From Rhina ancylostomus (Eukaryota): DNA of 64,000 nucleotides. Positions 12,064-26,829 of the stretch are shown one piece after another (position 1 is the stretch's first letter; each line of letters starts with the position of its first letter). Both the position numbers and the translations under genes were made by a program. The notes beneath the pieces are model-generated. The model saw nothing but the letters and a program-made list of their open reading frames with translations, made no database searches and was not told where the DNA came from. Location: the NCBI GenBank assembly GCA_030265395.1, contig JARFYF010000002.1, forward strand, positions 47,690,252 through 47,754,251, read 5' to 3'.

Positions 12064-15000
12064 ATTTTATTTCACAGCAACTGAAGATTACACAACAGAT
12101 AACGTCAACAGGAGTTTTAGTTTTATAAGCTTAATCTTTCAGTAGGATAAACACTGCTTACACTTCAGTTTCCAATTCACTGGAGGTTTTCAGCCTACAA
12201 CTTGTCAATTTTCATTCCCATGTACTAGTACAAGTGATACATCAATTTGTCACATCCAAGGGCTTTAGAACAGAGCTTTTCTGACAATTTTAGCAGAGTT
12301 TAACATGCATCATTTTTTTCATTAACTTGCACAAAGGAATTGCTATCTCTTAAATAAGCAGAAGTGGAATATCTATGTTGTGCACTGCGCTTTTGGGCTT
12401 GAATTATTACATCAAATTTTGTTAGAATTGGGGTGATGTTCAAAACATACATATATTATTGAAAAAAAATCACAGAGGAACACTTATAAATCTCCTGTTT
12501 CTATTTCAGTTTCATACTACAATTATTTTAATAATTATGCACAATCAAAGGCAAAACGAGAAAAGTTTTTTCATGTATACATCAAAAAGCTCAGCTGCAA
12601 TAGAACATTTCGCTGGTAAAAATCCACCTATTTTTCAAACATGTTTTTGTAAAATTAGGCTTTTTCTTTGAGGTTTTCAATGCCAACAAAAGGTAAAACT
12701 AGGACTTAGATTGGCAGTCTTAAATAGCAGAAAGAGCATACACCTAGCTTGATTATGCTTTAGATTTTTTACTCTCACTCTGAAGGAAAGATAAACTTAA
12801 TTTATAAAGTATCTCTTATGACCTTACAACGTCTAGAAGTTTTTGTTACATGCAAAAACTAAGAACACAAAAAAAAAGAAGCAGCAATAGGCCAGATTAC
12901 TCTTCATACTTGCTCCACCATCTGATAAGATCATGGCTGATTCAATCGGCCTCAACAATACTTCCCCAGTCCTTCGCTTGTTCCCCTTGACTCTCGTTGT
13001 TGAAAGGTTTGTCAGTATTCACTTTGAATATATTCAGTAATTCAGCCACCACAGTTTTCTGGGAAAGAGAATTCCCAAGATCTAGAACCCACTGAGAGAA
13101 GAAATTATCTCCATTTTGCACTGTGTTTGCATTTAGGCCTCCAATTGCTTGAATTTAACTTTCAGTGAGAAATAAGCATTTAATCACTGCGCTTCATTGA
13201 AGAAGAATATGACTATGGCTAATCAAGTTCTTCAAGATAACTAGTACCTGATAAATCAGTATCTTTTGAAGAAAAGGTTCACACTAATCCAATACACTTC
13301 TTAAAACAATGTTCAAAGCTTATCCATGATAAACATCTGTTGCTGAAGTTGCGTTGACATGAACAAACCATTTTCTGAATCCAGTTTCTGAGGCAGATAT
13401 CTAAGCAGCCTGGATTTTGTGGGGAAATCACTCAGATTCAGGATTTCTGTATGTGCACACACAAATACAGAATGGAAGCTCTGAATTTGCTGCTGCGTTA
13501 CCTCATCCTTTTCCTGACTATGCTCCAACAACAGTCTGCTGGCAGATCACAAAGTCATAGCAATTGCTCAACATTTGTTCGACAGANNNNNNNNNNNNNN
13601 NNNNNNNNNNNNNNNNNNNNNNNNNNNNNNNNNNNATTAGTTTGAGTGGAAAGCAAAGGCTTATATATTTTGCATTTTTAATGCATTTAGAATTTTTTTT
13701 AACTTATTTAAAAATGTTCTTTAGTGCTAAGTGTTCGAGATTTAATTGTTAAACTTTATTTTAGCAAAAATTACTGACTGATTTTTAAATAGTATTAATA
13801 TTCCTGAATACCAAGGGCTTTCAAGTACCTTTAACGTTTTTGACAGATGGCTACACCAAAAGGAGGACCTAAGCCAGTGTTTCTGCCCTGCTCCTACCAC
13901 CTAGAGTCATAGTCATAGAGTCACAGAGCACAGAAACAGGCCCTCCAGCCCAATTTGTCCAGGCCTACCAAATGCTCATCCAAGGTGACAGGATATATTT
14001 AAACAATACCCTGCTTTGCCAGTGGGAACTGGAACAGCTTTTGGCTGACACAAGCAGATTTACAAAAGTTAAGGTTGTATTTATCACACAAGTCAGCAAC
14101 AAGTGCAACATTTTGCTGTTGGCAGGAAGCTCTGCACCTTAATATTTTGTGAATGGTTCAATATTGTACAAGATAGATGCACCGAAGCAGGCATAAAGTC
14201 AATGAACATCCCAATGAAGGCTTGCACAGCCATGGTAGATGAATGCATCAATGACTTGTGCACTAAATGCTCTNNNNNNNNNNGGGAATTTATATCTGCA
14301 ATGCTGATGTTCCTACTGTCCAGTGCACCCAGCAAAGAGACAACAATGAACAAATGGAAAGCCTGGATTTAAAAATAATGGGCACAAGGCCATTTCCCTC
14401 AGTTACCTATTCCAGTGTCAACAGAAACCCAGCATAAATTGGACAAAAACATTTAAAGATTGTAACACATAGGGCATTTAACTATTGTACAATAACATGA
14501 TTAACTAAAAGCTTATCTTTTATGTATGAGTACTTAATTAATATTTTACTTGAGGGCTTCCAAGCACACCCTTAGCCTTGATATTTTTGTTCTAAACTAT
14601 CATTTTGTTAACTGAAGGCAAGAGAGATGGAATTAGGCTTTCAAAATGTTGCCTTGCTTATTTATTCTGTTCAAGGGTTGAAGCCATTTAATCAATTGTA
14701 TCTGAAGAAATACACCTGAATTGCATTAAAAATAGACCAAAAGGGATCAACAAAGGGGGGGGGGGGGGGGGGGGAATNNNNNNNNNNCCCCCCCCCCGAA
14801 GTCTAGAAATGCTGTTTTTTTTTCCAAATGCAATGTAAACAAGGGTTGCAGAGTAACACTAAATTCTGTTGCAGTGCTATGTGGGGAAGATTGAAAGCTG
14901 CAAATTTGTTTCATACTATTATTCTCAACATACAATCATACCCATTAGAATAACAGTGCAATTTGTTCTTTTAGTAATTGTAAATAAGATGTCGATTTCT

Positions 15001-16804
15001 TTCTATATTATTACTCCATGTTCTTCATAACATGCCACTCATAAATCAAACAGGAATGCTGAAACATTTCTTTGCATCTTTGAGAAAATATCTATTTTCC
15101 AATCGTTTGTTGATTTGGTGTTTAGAGATTTAATAATTAATTGACAAATTGAAGCTGTTATAATAAAATATTAAAGGCAATTTTATTCGACTCTTCATAG
15201 ATAATTAATTTCCCAAACTACCAGTAAATAGCCAAACCTCTCACTATAAAACTGGACTTACTCGATCACTATAAATCACTGTAATATAATTATGCATTAT
15301 ACAGCACATGCTGTAACAACCAGGTCACAATAAAACAAAGCTTCAATTCACTCTTAAGTGTTGGCAAGGGAAATTCAATTTCTTTTGAAAAACTGCAATT
15401 TGTTTAGCCAAACAAATTGTAAAGATAAATTTAAATTGTATATGCCACACCAATTTGAAAAACTACTTATTTCAGCCTTTTCTGACAGATCTATTCCACT
15501 GACATTTTTTCTCCATGAGATAAATGTTAGATACTGTCTGCTGAACCTCAATAAATATCAGTGTGTGCACTGATAGTGGTGCAACAAGGATAAAATTAAA
15601 TCTAAAAGACAATTAACTTCTATTTTGTTTTACAGGAGATACCATGATGCATCCAGAAAATGTACCAATAAATCAACCATCCTTATTGCTTATATTTTCC
15701 CTTGTGCAGCAAACTTACAAGATACAATCTCATTTTTTTCTGTGATAAACCAGATCAAGTTTATTGTGTCATACTTTCAAATAATAGAATGCACTTGTAT
15801 TAGAAATGCCTTATTATTTACCACTTCTAAATATTAAAGCTAATCAATCTCAAAAAGACCAGATTCCACCTGTGAACAGAACCTGCGTGTACCAGCAATG
15901 AAATTTCATTACAGTGTCACTGTTACCATTCTTCAGCACAGAAGGAGCACAGCATGCAGCTTCCACAGCTGGCACAAAGCATTCAGCTCTCAGTTTTGAA
16001 ATTCAAATTAAACAGCATGTGGAGAAGCTGATAACAGTGTAGTAAAGTAGAAAAAAAAATCAGCGTACACCCTATTAACTGGCACAGGTGGATTTTGTGT
16101 AATGAAGCAAATAGCACAAGTAATAACAGGATGTACAAATGTATCAAAGCACACTGGGAAGAAAACAATGCCATGCATAAGCAGGTTTTAGTGTGAATCA
16201 AAAATAAAAGGGTACAGATTGAAGCAAGTACCTTTCAGGTGAATTCTGCTGGCAATAGGCTGGAATTAATGCACTATTCAATTTCAGTTATGAATGCAAA
16301 ACACTTGTAATTATCTGCTGTCTTTTTTTTACCATCGTAAGCCAGAGAATTAAAAGGTAATTTAAACAACACATTATTTGGCAAATAAATAAGGATACTT
16401 TTCCAGAAACAGGGAAACAGTCACTCTGACAAAAAATTCAATCATTTAATTGAGGATCAAAGAATTTCACCCCAAATTTTGAATAATCCAAGTTCATGCC
16501 AATCTCAAACTCAGCAATTTCCATTAGCCAAATGAAAATCATAGTTTTCAATGGTCTCCTATTTTGTAATAATATGGATTCTGTTAAATCTAAAATCTAT
16601 TTGGAATATCATAAGCTTACACATCATTGATCATCAAACAATAGCTAAAAATATCAGAATACTTAGTAAACTGACACAATGTATTTATCAACACTAATGC
16701 TTATAATGAATGGAAAATTTGGATAAAATAAAAACTAAGAGACAAGAGTAATATAGTTTGTAGGGGCTGGTATTAAATGTCAATATTTTCCACTTTTCAC
16801 ATCG

Positions 16805-17135
16805 ACATAGGGTGCTGTCATTAGGCCCATCAAGTCTATGGTGGGCAAGAGAGCAATCAACCTCATTTACTGACTCATTTCCTGACTCATTTCCCTGTCA
16901 CCTATTCCCTCTCATATGTCCGTTAACACCTGCCCGATTCTTCTACTAGCCACCCTGCACGAGGAGTAATTTACAGCAGCCAATTAACCTAACAACTAGT
17001 ACATCTTTGGGATGTGGGAGGAAACTGGAGCTTCCACATGATCACAGACAGTGTGTGCAAACATCATACTCTCAGCATTGAACCTGGGTTGCTGGAGTTG
17101 TGATTCAGCTGCACTACCTGCAGCAACACTGCAAC
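16805..17135 (-). mobile_element. Older V-SINE
   Basis: Reverse V-domain tctttgggatgtgggaggaaactggagc and reverse B box ttgaacctggg. Confidence 0.75.
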
Positions 17136-17728
17136 ACTCTAAACATGCATGGCATAAGTTTTTTACCTTCCACCATAATATATGACACACCATGGTGGAG
17201 AGTATAGTCAAATGAAGAGAAAATGTCAAATGCCGTTGGGTTATCAGAGGGCTGCAACATTTCAGGACTTCCGTTTAAGGTACACGAGAACAATTACAAT
17301 AAGGAATCACTCAGAGTTCTCAGTTCTACAGAGCAATTCTGTAGCAGCTTTGGACTTTGGGTGGGTGATGGTGAAAGGAAATCTGACAGTTCAGAATACC
17401 TTTCCAACTCCAGAAAACTTTTAAAAAATCTTAAGAAAATAGACAGCTTACAATGTCCTGCTTAAACCAATTTAGGTGGACAAAACAAAAATGTTGTCCC
17501 TTCCATCACATTTCACAATGGGGCGAAATTCAACTTCAATAGGGATGAACATGGAAAGTAGTAGATTGGCCACCCATACTATGTGTCCAATTTCACTCCC
17601 TCTCACCCTCCAGTCATTGACTACCATAAAAACTAAATTAAGTAGCTTAACAAATTGATTCAGTACCCTAATACTTGACTTGGTTCAAATAACTTTACCA
17701 TGTTTTCTTGGTGTCTCTCTCTCCGCAT

Positions 17729-17729
<1 letters not shown>

Positions 17730-17759
<30 letters not shown>
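17730..17759. repeat. (CA)n microsatellite
   Basis: Direct reading. Confidence 0.95.
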
Positions 17760-17761
<2 letters not shown>

Positions 17762-18539
17762 TAATTACCCAAGTAGGTATATTCACCCCAGTGAATTTGT
17801 GTTTTTCAGTACCTTCAGAAATATTTTTTGATATATTTGCCTTTCCCAAGAATGTGGACTTCAGATGGAAATAACTGTTCCACAATAACTCCAAGGTTGA
17901 ATTATTGATTTTTTTAAACCTCTCTTGATCAAATTGTCTTTAAATATATACTGAGTTTCAGGCACTCAACATTAGAGAAACCAATTTCTATCATAAAACT
18001 GACTCTCAACCAAAAGAAGCATGTGAAAATTCAATAACCAAGTTAATTCCTTTGCAAAGTTTTAAAATACATTAAAATAGTCATGGGTACTTGACCCCAT
18101 TATTGCTAAAGTGTTGGTGGTGAATTTTTCATAAACCCGTAACTTATTTTTGTATCTGTATTTAGTCAGACACAAAACTCACACTGGTATTTTCTCAAAT
18201 AATACAGCTGTTGATGCACCAGTATTAATAAATGGAATTCATAAAATCTTTCCTCCAGGGTCAACTTTTTTGGGGAAAACTAAAGAAAATGTGTTTCCAG
18301 GACACTACCAATCCCACTCTGGAAATGTTTTTCATTCAGAAGATTGACCCAGGGCAATTTCCTTAAAATTTTCATTCTAGACAGGGCACTGGAGTTCATT
18401 CTGTGTTTGCAGAAGAAAATTGGTGACTGCTTTGTTTGCAGCTCAATGTTGAAGCTACAACATTGCACAACTCAACATGATGAATTTTATCCTACATATC
18501 TCCCTGACTGCCTATGTACACAGATAACTAAGTTATTGT

Positions 18540-19100
18540 AGTGTACAAAGAGTAATTGAAAAGGCTAATGGAATGTTGTCCTTTATCTTAAAAACTGAAA
18601 TACAAAAGTAAGGAAGTCAGCTATCAGTTGTAGAGAGCATTGTTCAGAGATCACCTGGAGTACTTGTTTAGTCTGGATCCTGAACCCAAGGATAAATTGG
18701 CTTGCAGGTGATGCATAATTTACTAGAATGCTACCAATCTTAAAAGGGTTGAATTAGGTTACATGAACTTGGATTTTGTAACTAGGCGGTAATTTAGTAG
18801 AGATCTTTAAAATAACAATTTGATAGACACATACAGATAAACTATTTCTCATCTACAAATCCAGCCAAAATCATCATCTTAAAATTAGGTTAGTTTTTAA
18901 ATGGAATTTGGAAGCACCCCATCACATAATAGATAGTAGAAATCAGGAATTTAAACCCCAAAAATGCTGAGAATGTTGTCTTAAAGAATTCCTTAGAAAG
19001 AAATAGCTTGTTAGGTAAGGGCATCAGATAGTAAGTGCAAAGGTAGGAAAATGGAGTTCTGGTGCAAATGTTCTAATTTATAGGCAGGAGTTTTGACAGG
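18540..19100 (+). mobile_element. Old CR1 LINE 3' relic
   Basis: aaggctaatggaatgttgtcctttat (KANGMLSF), cacctggagtac (HLEY), tttactagaatgctacca. Confidence 0.65.
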
Positions 19101-20429
19101 ATTACAAAATTAATTTCACATTGCCTAAAGTCTGCACTATTTGAAGGCTGTTGAGACTTTAATGACCAAAATGTTAATTTTTCTTGTAATTGTTTTTTAA
19201 TAATAAAACAAAAACGGCATTTCTATTTCAGAGTCACCATATATCCACGAAAACAAGTGATTTTTAAATACTGATAATCCCATAAATTTCAATAACCATG
19301 TCTCCAGAAACTTTAGTAAATGCAGTGTAAATTTCACCTCATGCCACTGAATTTTGCATTATACCTTGATCTTTTTATCTGTAATAGCATTGAGTATTGA
19401 AGCATTCCACAACAGATGTGAAAATGAATTTATTGTACTATTTTATTACAAGACAAATACCAAGAAGAATTAAGAAAACAAGCTCTGAAAAAATGCTGCA
19501 AGGGATAACAAATGGGAAAGGACTGCTGTAAAACTTCACTCCTGCAAACTGCAGTGCTAATAACTTATAAATCATTTATATTGTTTCCATACAGGAGCAT
19601 TGAAAAGCACTGAAGGAAAAAAAAGTCAAATTCAAAATCTGTCTAGCAAGATTTACTAAGTAATGAATGCAGTAATGAATTTTGAAGCAATACACTTTTT
19701 TTACACCATCTAGAAATTGTTTTCAGTTTAAAATACTCTATTTAATACATTTCCCTTAAAGGGTTGTTACCAAGATAAAATTACTTGATGGCATACCTGA
19801 AATGGGGTGGGTTCTCTGACTATCAACAACATTTTCACCTCACCAATCATAAGCCAGTACTCCAAATGCAGAGCATTTTTCTTTTATGTTTAAAGCCAAA
19901 TAAATCAAAGTGAAGACTTAAAGCAGATGAAGCAGTAACTTATTGGTCCAAGCTTTAGAAAATGTATAGGTTGTATAAACCTTGGCACTTCACAGCAAAT
20001 TTGAACCAAATCCAGTCCATGAAGAAGGAAGATTTTCACTGGTATCTCAAAATACAGTGAACCTAGTCCAATCCAATTACTAAAATTAACCTAATCATCA
20101 TGCTACAAAACAATAATGAATACAGATTCCTCATTGCTCTATTCTCTCTACAATAAACAAAGCCACAATATTTTTCTCAAATATCTTGCACTTCCTTCAG
20201 ACATCTTTCTCACCAAAAAAGTTGCATGATTTTCAAAGTAATGAAATATAAGTATGATGTTGTAACACAAGTAGATTTGTTACAGTTAGACAGTCACGCA
20301 CTATTTTACCTATTTCCAAAAAGAGCTTCAAGAGCAATGCATGTTTTGTACCGACATAGAGACATTTGTAGTAGCCAGCTTGTTTCGTGGCACAGGAATG
20401 CCCAGTAATCAAAGATGGATGAGAAGAAA

Positions 20430-20780
20430 GATGTTTCTTTATGCAGTGCCATTCTCAGGACATCAGCCAGCACTTCATGATTAATTAATTATATGTGAGA
20501 TGCAACTGCAGTAATGCAAGTGATGCAGTAGCAAATTTGCATACACAGAAAGCTCTGAAGGCTATCTAAGCATATGAACAATTAATGTTTTCTGTTGTAC
20601 AGCAGAGGAAGTACACAGGCAGACTACCTGCTCTTTCAATTATGTCACGCTATTTGTTTCTACTTTCGCCTGAACTGGAAAGCAAAGCTTTGGTTTAGCA
20701 TTACATCTGAAAGATGGACCCTTAAGTACCACTTTACCTACCCAACTCATGCAATCTATTTTTATACAAGATCAAAGCAG
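20430..20780 (+). mobile_element. Ancient DeuSINE (SacSINE1/AmnSINE-like) relic
   Basis: Deu-domain-like ctcaggacatc...gcacttca...actgcagtaatgcaagtgatgcagtagcaaatttgcatacacag, followed by cctgctctttcaa...ggtttagcattacatctgaaagatgg. A second weaker relic lies at about 45235-45740. Confidence 0.55.
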
Positions 20781-22539
20781 AATTGGTAAAATAACATGGA
20801 TTCAATTACAGCACTAAGAAGCAAACTGAAACTGGTTCTGCGGTAATCTTAAAACAATAGCATCTCAACAAAATGTCCACCTTGATGATCTCAGCATGAC
20901 AATGGGGCTGGAGTAATATTCAGCACTTGGCCTCTTAAATATACTGCGTATGAAAATTTAGCATTAATTCAATCTAAAGATTTATCAGAGCACAGGGGAT
21001 ACTATCCATTATGTTCTGAAGGTCATTAATGGATTATGTCATCCTTCCTCATACAAGAGATAAAATGCTCATAAATCTTTAACAATTGAATTCAAATTCA
21101 GTTGTGATTCTAGCAGGGATCAATAAATAATACCATCACTCATGATGAAAGCTGCACTAACAAGAAGACTTCCAACTTAGTAAGAGTGAAAATCTTATTC
21201 CTTTTATCAAAACATCACACCTTTCATCAAAGTGGGACTGAACTGAAAAGTCATTTGAAATTGCAAGTTACACGCCTGGGAAACAAAAAAAACTAACCTC
21301 ATCTCATAACTGTGCTTAGGTTAGTGCATGAAGTTTACATCAAACATTTAAACAAATGAAAATACAAAAACAGAAACAAGTAAGAGACCAGCTTGCCCAG
21401 TAAGCCTCTCATACTGCAATGGTGCAATTGCACAGTGAACTGCTACAGGCAGTAGAATAATGCAGTGGCAGTAGATCTCCATAGCAACCAGTTTAAAACA
21501 GATAGTTCAGGGAATAGCTGACTAATTCTGACCTCCATTAATGTTTTCACGTTGAATTGCATGGACACAAGTCCTGAGAAGTTTGCACCCACGAAGAGTT
21601 CAGATGCACAAGATCTGGAAGCATACAAACAGCTCAAGTATCATAATCAGAATATTAATCATATTAACTGCTTTTTGGAGGGATTCTCCTCTGATTTATT
21701 TGATATCATTGCTTTAAGGCAACAAAGTAAAAATTAAGTATACCACATCTGCAAAACCTGGCATCCAAAACACAAAAATCATGCTGATATGGTATTATAA
21801 AAGCATGACTTCAATTTTTGTGAATTACTTTGGATTCTCTCTTTATTTCACTGTAAAACTTTTTAATTCCTGACTTTCCATTCACCTTTTCCATTCTTAG
21901 GTCTCTCTAAATCTGCACCATCCTTCAACCTTCTGAGTTCCTCGTATCTCTCAAGTCTTGGGCACTTCCATATCCATCCATTGTATTGCACCCTCATGAT
22001 GTTCACTGTCTCACCACTGGTGGAGTTGGATTAAACCACATGATCTGATGCTCTGAAAGTCATCCTTTAAGTTCTCTTTCTCTTTTGAAGATTCCCTTTC
22101 TCTTTGATAAAAAGCTTTTGNNNNNNNNNNNNNNNNNNNNNNNNNNNNNNNNNNNNNNNNNNNNNNNNNNNNNNNNNNNNNNNNNNNNNNNNNNNNNNNN
22201 NNNNNNNNNNNNNNNNNNNNNNNNNNNNNNNNNNNNNNNNNNNNNNNNNNNNNNNNNNNNNNNNNNNNNNNNNNNNNNNNNNNNNNNNNNNNNNNNNNNN
22301 NNNAAAGAATTTTCTTCATGCAAAGGATTATAAATCTTTGAGGCCTGTGGATACTCAGTCATCAAGTACATTTAGGAATGAGATATACTGATTTGTGAAT
22401 CAGGGGATAAAGGGATAGGGTAGGAAAGCTGATCCAGTACAAGAGCAGTCATGATATATTTCACACCAGGTAATGAGCAAAAGGTCTCATCCTACTCTTA
22501 CTTCTCACATTAAGTAATTTGTAAATCACCATTGGAATT

Positions 22540-22790
22540 GGCGGCACAGTAGCGTAGCAGTTAGCGCAACGCTACTACAGCGCCAGTGATCGGGGTTCAA
22601 TTCCTGTCGCTGTCTGTAAGGAGTTTGTACGTTCTCCCGTATCTGCGTGGGTTTCCTCCAGGTGCTCCGGTTTCCTCCCATGTTCTAAAGACGTACGGGT
22701 AGGTTAATTTGGGGGGGCTAAAAATGGGCGGTGTGAACTCGTTGGGCTGGAAGGGCCTGCTACCACACTGTAAATAAAATTTAAATTTAA
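22540..22790 (+). mobile_element. tRNA-derived V-SINE
   Basis: tRNA-like head with Pol III B box GGTTCAATTCC (22594-22604), V-domain gtttgtacgttctccc...gggtttcctcc..gtgctccggtttcctccca, and a LINE-derived tail. Confidence 0.9.
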
Positions 22791-24835
22791 AATATATTTT
22801 GTTAATTCAATAAAGGCAATAAACTTGTACCATATATTCCCATTCCAATTTGAAGTTTCAACTGAAATTCAGTCTATTGGGCAGGTTTGACATCCAAAAT
22901 CTAAAAAGTTCAAATGTAAAGACCAGGAGTAATTTGAATTCATTGAGTGAATGTACTTCCAGACATTTCTCAATACTATCTATTATTGTTTTAAAGAAGT
23001 CTGGAAAAAGGAGGGCTAGCAAAATCTTGTATGATATTGCTTTTCTCGACCATTTGACTGAGCAACTTGCCATGCTCAAAAAACAAAATTTCCTTTCACA
23101 ATTAAAAGAAAAATGTAACATTTTAATTTTTGACATAAAGTACAAAGCTATGTCATTCTTCCTCTCTATGGAGAGGAGCTACAACCTGATGAATTCTAGA
23201 GCAAGTGTTTCAGTTTTCCACAAAATTAATGCAAATATTTGCTTTCTTCCGAAAGAGAAGCAATTTATTCAATTGCACTTAAAATGCATTTCAGAGGACG
23301 GAACAGCAAAGGCAAAAATTTCATGAGTCTTTAAAGATTCACTAATTGATGCTGATAGTAACCCTCTTTTAAGAGAGAATTTTAGAGAGTTACCTCTTGC
23401 TTTTTAAACAGATAAGCAAAGATTATCAGTCCCTGAATTGAGGGCATACTTCTTCAATCTACTCTCATACATTGGTTGAAGCAGATTTTACCTCATTATT
23501 TTCAAGTACAGAAGCCATTTCCAAGCAGTGACTGATTTGCAGTTGAAAGTCTCTGAAGTCAACGAAATTACACAAACTGTATACTGGCAACAAAAAGGCT
23601 CATATGCCACAAACATTCTCTTGAAAGTACTGTGCAGGGATTGTGTTAGTGATGCAGCTTTCAATCTGAATATATTTTGTTATCCCACAAAATCAAGTAA
23701 TCTATTCTTGTAATTAACTCTTCTTGGTGAATATAGCTGATGAGAAATATGGAAGACATGAAATTTCAAACTGGGCTCAGCAAAAATATATTTGTAAATC
23801 TAAGTTCTAGAAGATATTAGATGCTGACATGTGCTATACTTCTAGTGTTTTGTTTATGTGCGCACAATTCCACCCCAAATCTCTTTGATATTCTACCTAA
23901 TTTAGACATGCAAGCATCTGGGCTTTTCAGTATTTCTATCAAAATGTATCACACTGCTCTCAACTACATTGAAATTCATTTGCCAATTAGACATCCATTC
24001 TATAAGTTCATCAATTATCTTTGTACATTTGATGGAGCCCTTCACTGTATTAACTATAATCTTCTATTTAGTATCATCTGCAAATTTTGAGGTGGGACTT
24101 CCCATTCTGAAGTTCAAGTTATTCATGCAACTTCTAAATGGCAGTGGTCCACTCCTGGTGAAAATCCGCTTCCTGCCCTAACAGTTAGCATAGGCTTTGG
24201 CCTGGAAAATCTTACAGTCACCATATTTCAGTAAGCACCTGCTTTTAACTTGTAAATCCATATTTTTATTTAGTTTTCATTGTCTGCATGAGTTGTTTGT
24301 TTTTGTGTGCAATAACTTTACAAGAAATATCAAATCCTAGTGTACCAATGAGTTCTTTCCCTCCAATTCTTTGGACCAATTAATCATTCTGACTGTTGTA
24401 TCATGAATTGCTGCCAATTTTTAGACTGATTTCTGCCAGGGGACTGTGTTGACTGAAAATGAGTTGAGCAAACCCATTTCTACTAGGTGCCTTATTCAGC
24501 AATGCCTGAACTTGCCTACTGGTCCAAATAGTGTGAAATTAATGTGGCAGTCCACTAAACTCTGCTTGCCAAGCTTGTAGTTTTGGCCACTTCACTATTT
24601 TTAATAGACAATTAAATCAATTTTCACCATAGCGTTATCTTTCCAGGTTACTTAACAGCCACTTAAGGTTAAGGAGCTCAAAATGATATATGTGGCTGAG
24701 GAGCTTCAATGGAAAGCACAAAAAGCACTCGCATAAAATATGAAATAAAAATAGGAAATGTTGGAAATACCCAGCAGATCAGGCAGCATCTGCAGTAAGT
24801 GAAGTAGTTAATCACCCATTATAGATTCTCTTACA

Positions 24836-25362
24836 GTAACTAGGAGCAGGGGTAGGCCATTCGGCTCCTTAAGCCTTCTTCACTATTCAGAAGGATCATG
24901 GCTGATTTCATTACATTTCAACTCAATATCCAAACCTGCCCAAAAACTTGTCACCTCCCCCTCCCCACTTCACCAAGAGTTTACCTTTCCTGCCTTAACC
25001 GCATAGAAAGACTCTGCTTCCTCTGCACTTTGAGGAAGAAAGTGCCAAAGACTCATTATCCTTAGAGGCAAAACTGTCATTAATGGGCAACCCCTTATTT
25101 TTAAAACAGGGATAATTCTACTTCTAGATTCTCCCACAAGATCATTTTACCTGTCAAGACTTCTCAGATTCTTCTATGTTTCCATCAAGTTCCTTCCCCA
25201 TGAACTTCTACGGATACATGCTTAATTTGTCCAAACTTTCTTCATTAGACCACCCAGCCATTCCAAATGTTGTTCCAGTAAACATCCTCTGAATTGATTC
25301 CAACTCATTTACATCCTTCCTTAAATAAGGAGACCCAGTATTGTAACAATGTATTCCAGATG
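24836..25362 (-). mobile_element. CR1 3' fragment lying between the two arms of a Penelope palindrome (arms about 24740-24812 and 25365-25425)
   Basis: taggagcaggggtaggccattcggctcc (reverse CR1 tail) through aggagacccagtattgtaacaatgtattccag; flanked by cagatcaggcagcatctgc and gcagatgctgcct arms. Confidence 0.7.
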
Positions 25363-26829
25363 CGCTCTTTGCAGATGCTGCCTAATATGCATTTTCCAGC
25401 ATTTTTTGTTTTTGATTTCCCACAGGTGAGATTTTTGTGCTTAAATAAAACAAGTTTACAGTATCACTTCAATAAAACATGCTAAAATTTAATTAAAAAC
25501 ACAAATAATTTTGTTAGGGTCCTTCAGGAGAAGACTTCAAAAAATGCTCTAATTCAAGTAACCTGGCAAGAACCACGAATGTATGTCTGGTTGCTTTTGT
25601 ACAATTTATCTTCAGCAAATGCAGCTAGAAATACAAGACTCCAATTACACTGCAATGCATGTGCAGAGGAACAATGTCGGTTTTACCACTGGAGAAGGCT
25701 TAAAATGCCTGAGGTGAAGAAAGTAATCTACTCTTCACTGATATTCACTGCAGGAAAGTCATTTGGTTTAATGACTATTGAAAGTTACTTAGTGCAAGCC
25801 TCGGAATGGCTAGTTGCCCCTTGACAGTGGCATTGTCTTCAATTCAAATTTCAGCTGCACCAAGTTAGAAAATATGAAATCTAAATAGACCTGACAATAA
25901 TACACATTCTTAAGAGCGGGCTGGTGCAGATTCCATTATCTGAGAAGTGAAGGAAATGGCAATTTTAATTTTCACTGGTAAAGCCATGGCTTTCAATAGC
26001 TTATGCAGATGGCCTAAAGGCAACAACACACACGACTCTAATGTCACAACAGAGGGAGTGAATAAATANNNNNNNNNNNNNNNNNNNNNNNNNNNNNNNN
26101 NNNNNNNNNNNNNNNNNNNNNNNNNNNNNNNNNNNNNNNNNNNNNNNNNNNNNNNNNNNNNNNNNNNNNNNNNNNNNNNNNNNNNNNNNNNNNNNNNNNN
26201 NNNNNNNNNNNNNNNNNNNNNNNNNNNNNNNNNNNNNNNNNNNNNNNNNNNNNNNNNNNNNNNNNNNNNNNNNNNNNNNNNNNNNNNNNNNNNNNNNNNN
26301 NNNNNNNNNNNNNNNNNNNNNNNNNNNNNNNNNNNNNNNNNNNNNNNNNNNNNNNNNNNNNNNNNNNNNNNNNNNNNNNNNNNNNNNNNNNNNNNNNNNN
26401 NNNNNNNNNNNNNNNNNNNNNNNNNNNNNNNNNNNNNNNNNNNNNNNNNNNNNNNNNNNNNNNNNNNNNNNNNNNNNNNNNNNNNNNNNNNNNNNNNNNN
26501 NNNNNNNNNNNCACAACAAACTGAATCTGAGAATGAATTTGGAGAACAAGGTCAAGAACGCGTAATTTGGACTAGGTCAAATTATATTGGGCCTAAGTGC
26601 AAGACAGCAAAGAAGGAATAATCATTGTCTCATAACTCAATTTAGCCCAAGGCAACTTTATGACAGGGTGTTTAAAGGTCACATTACAGTAAATTAATGA
26701 AGTATACTTAAACATGTACATGCCAATTTAATATTAAATCATTCAGAACTACAAAGTGTGAAGAAGATTTTACAGGTTTTATTTGAAGTACAAGTCCTGT
26801 TGTTTAATTTCTTCTCTATGCAGAATCAA

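Noticed and set aside
14755-14797. Poly-G then poly-C (hairpin or G-quadruplex candidate)
   Set aside because: Homopolymers abut an assembly gap and are unreliable.
22540-22612. tRNA-like sequence with A/B boxes
   Set aside because: It is the head of a V-SINE, continuing into the V-domain and LINE tail; not a tRNA gene.
22850-23326. 158-aa ORF
   Set aside because: AT-rich chance ORF without domain or splice support.
25947-26621. Long ORFs spanning N runs (also 22.0-22.4 kb and 58.3-59.0 kb)
   Set aside because: Artefacts of translating through assembly gaps.
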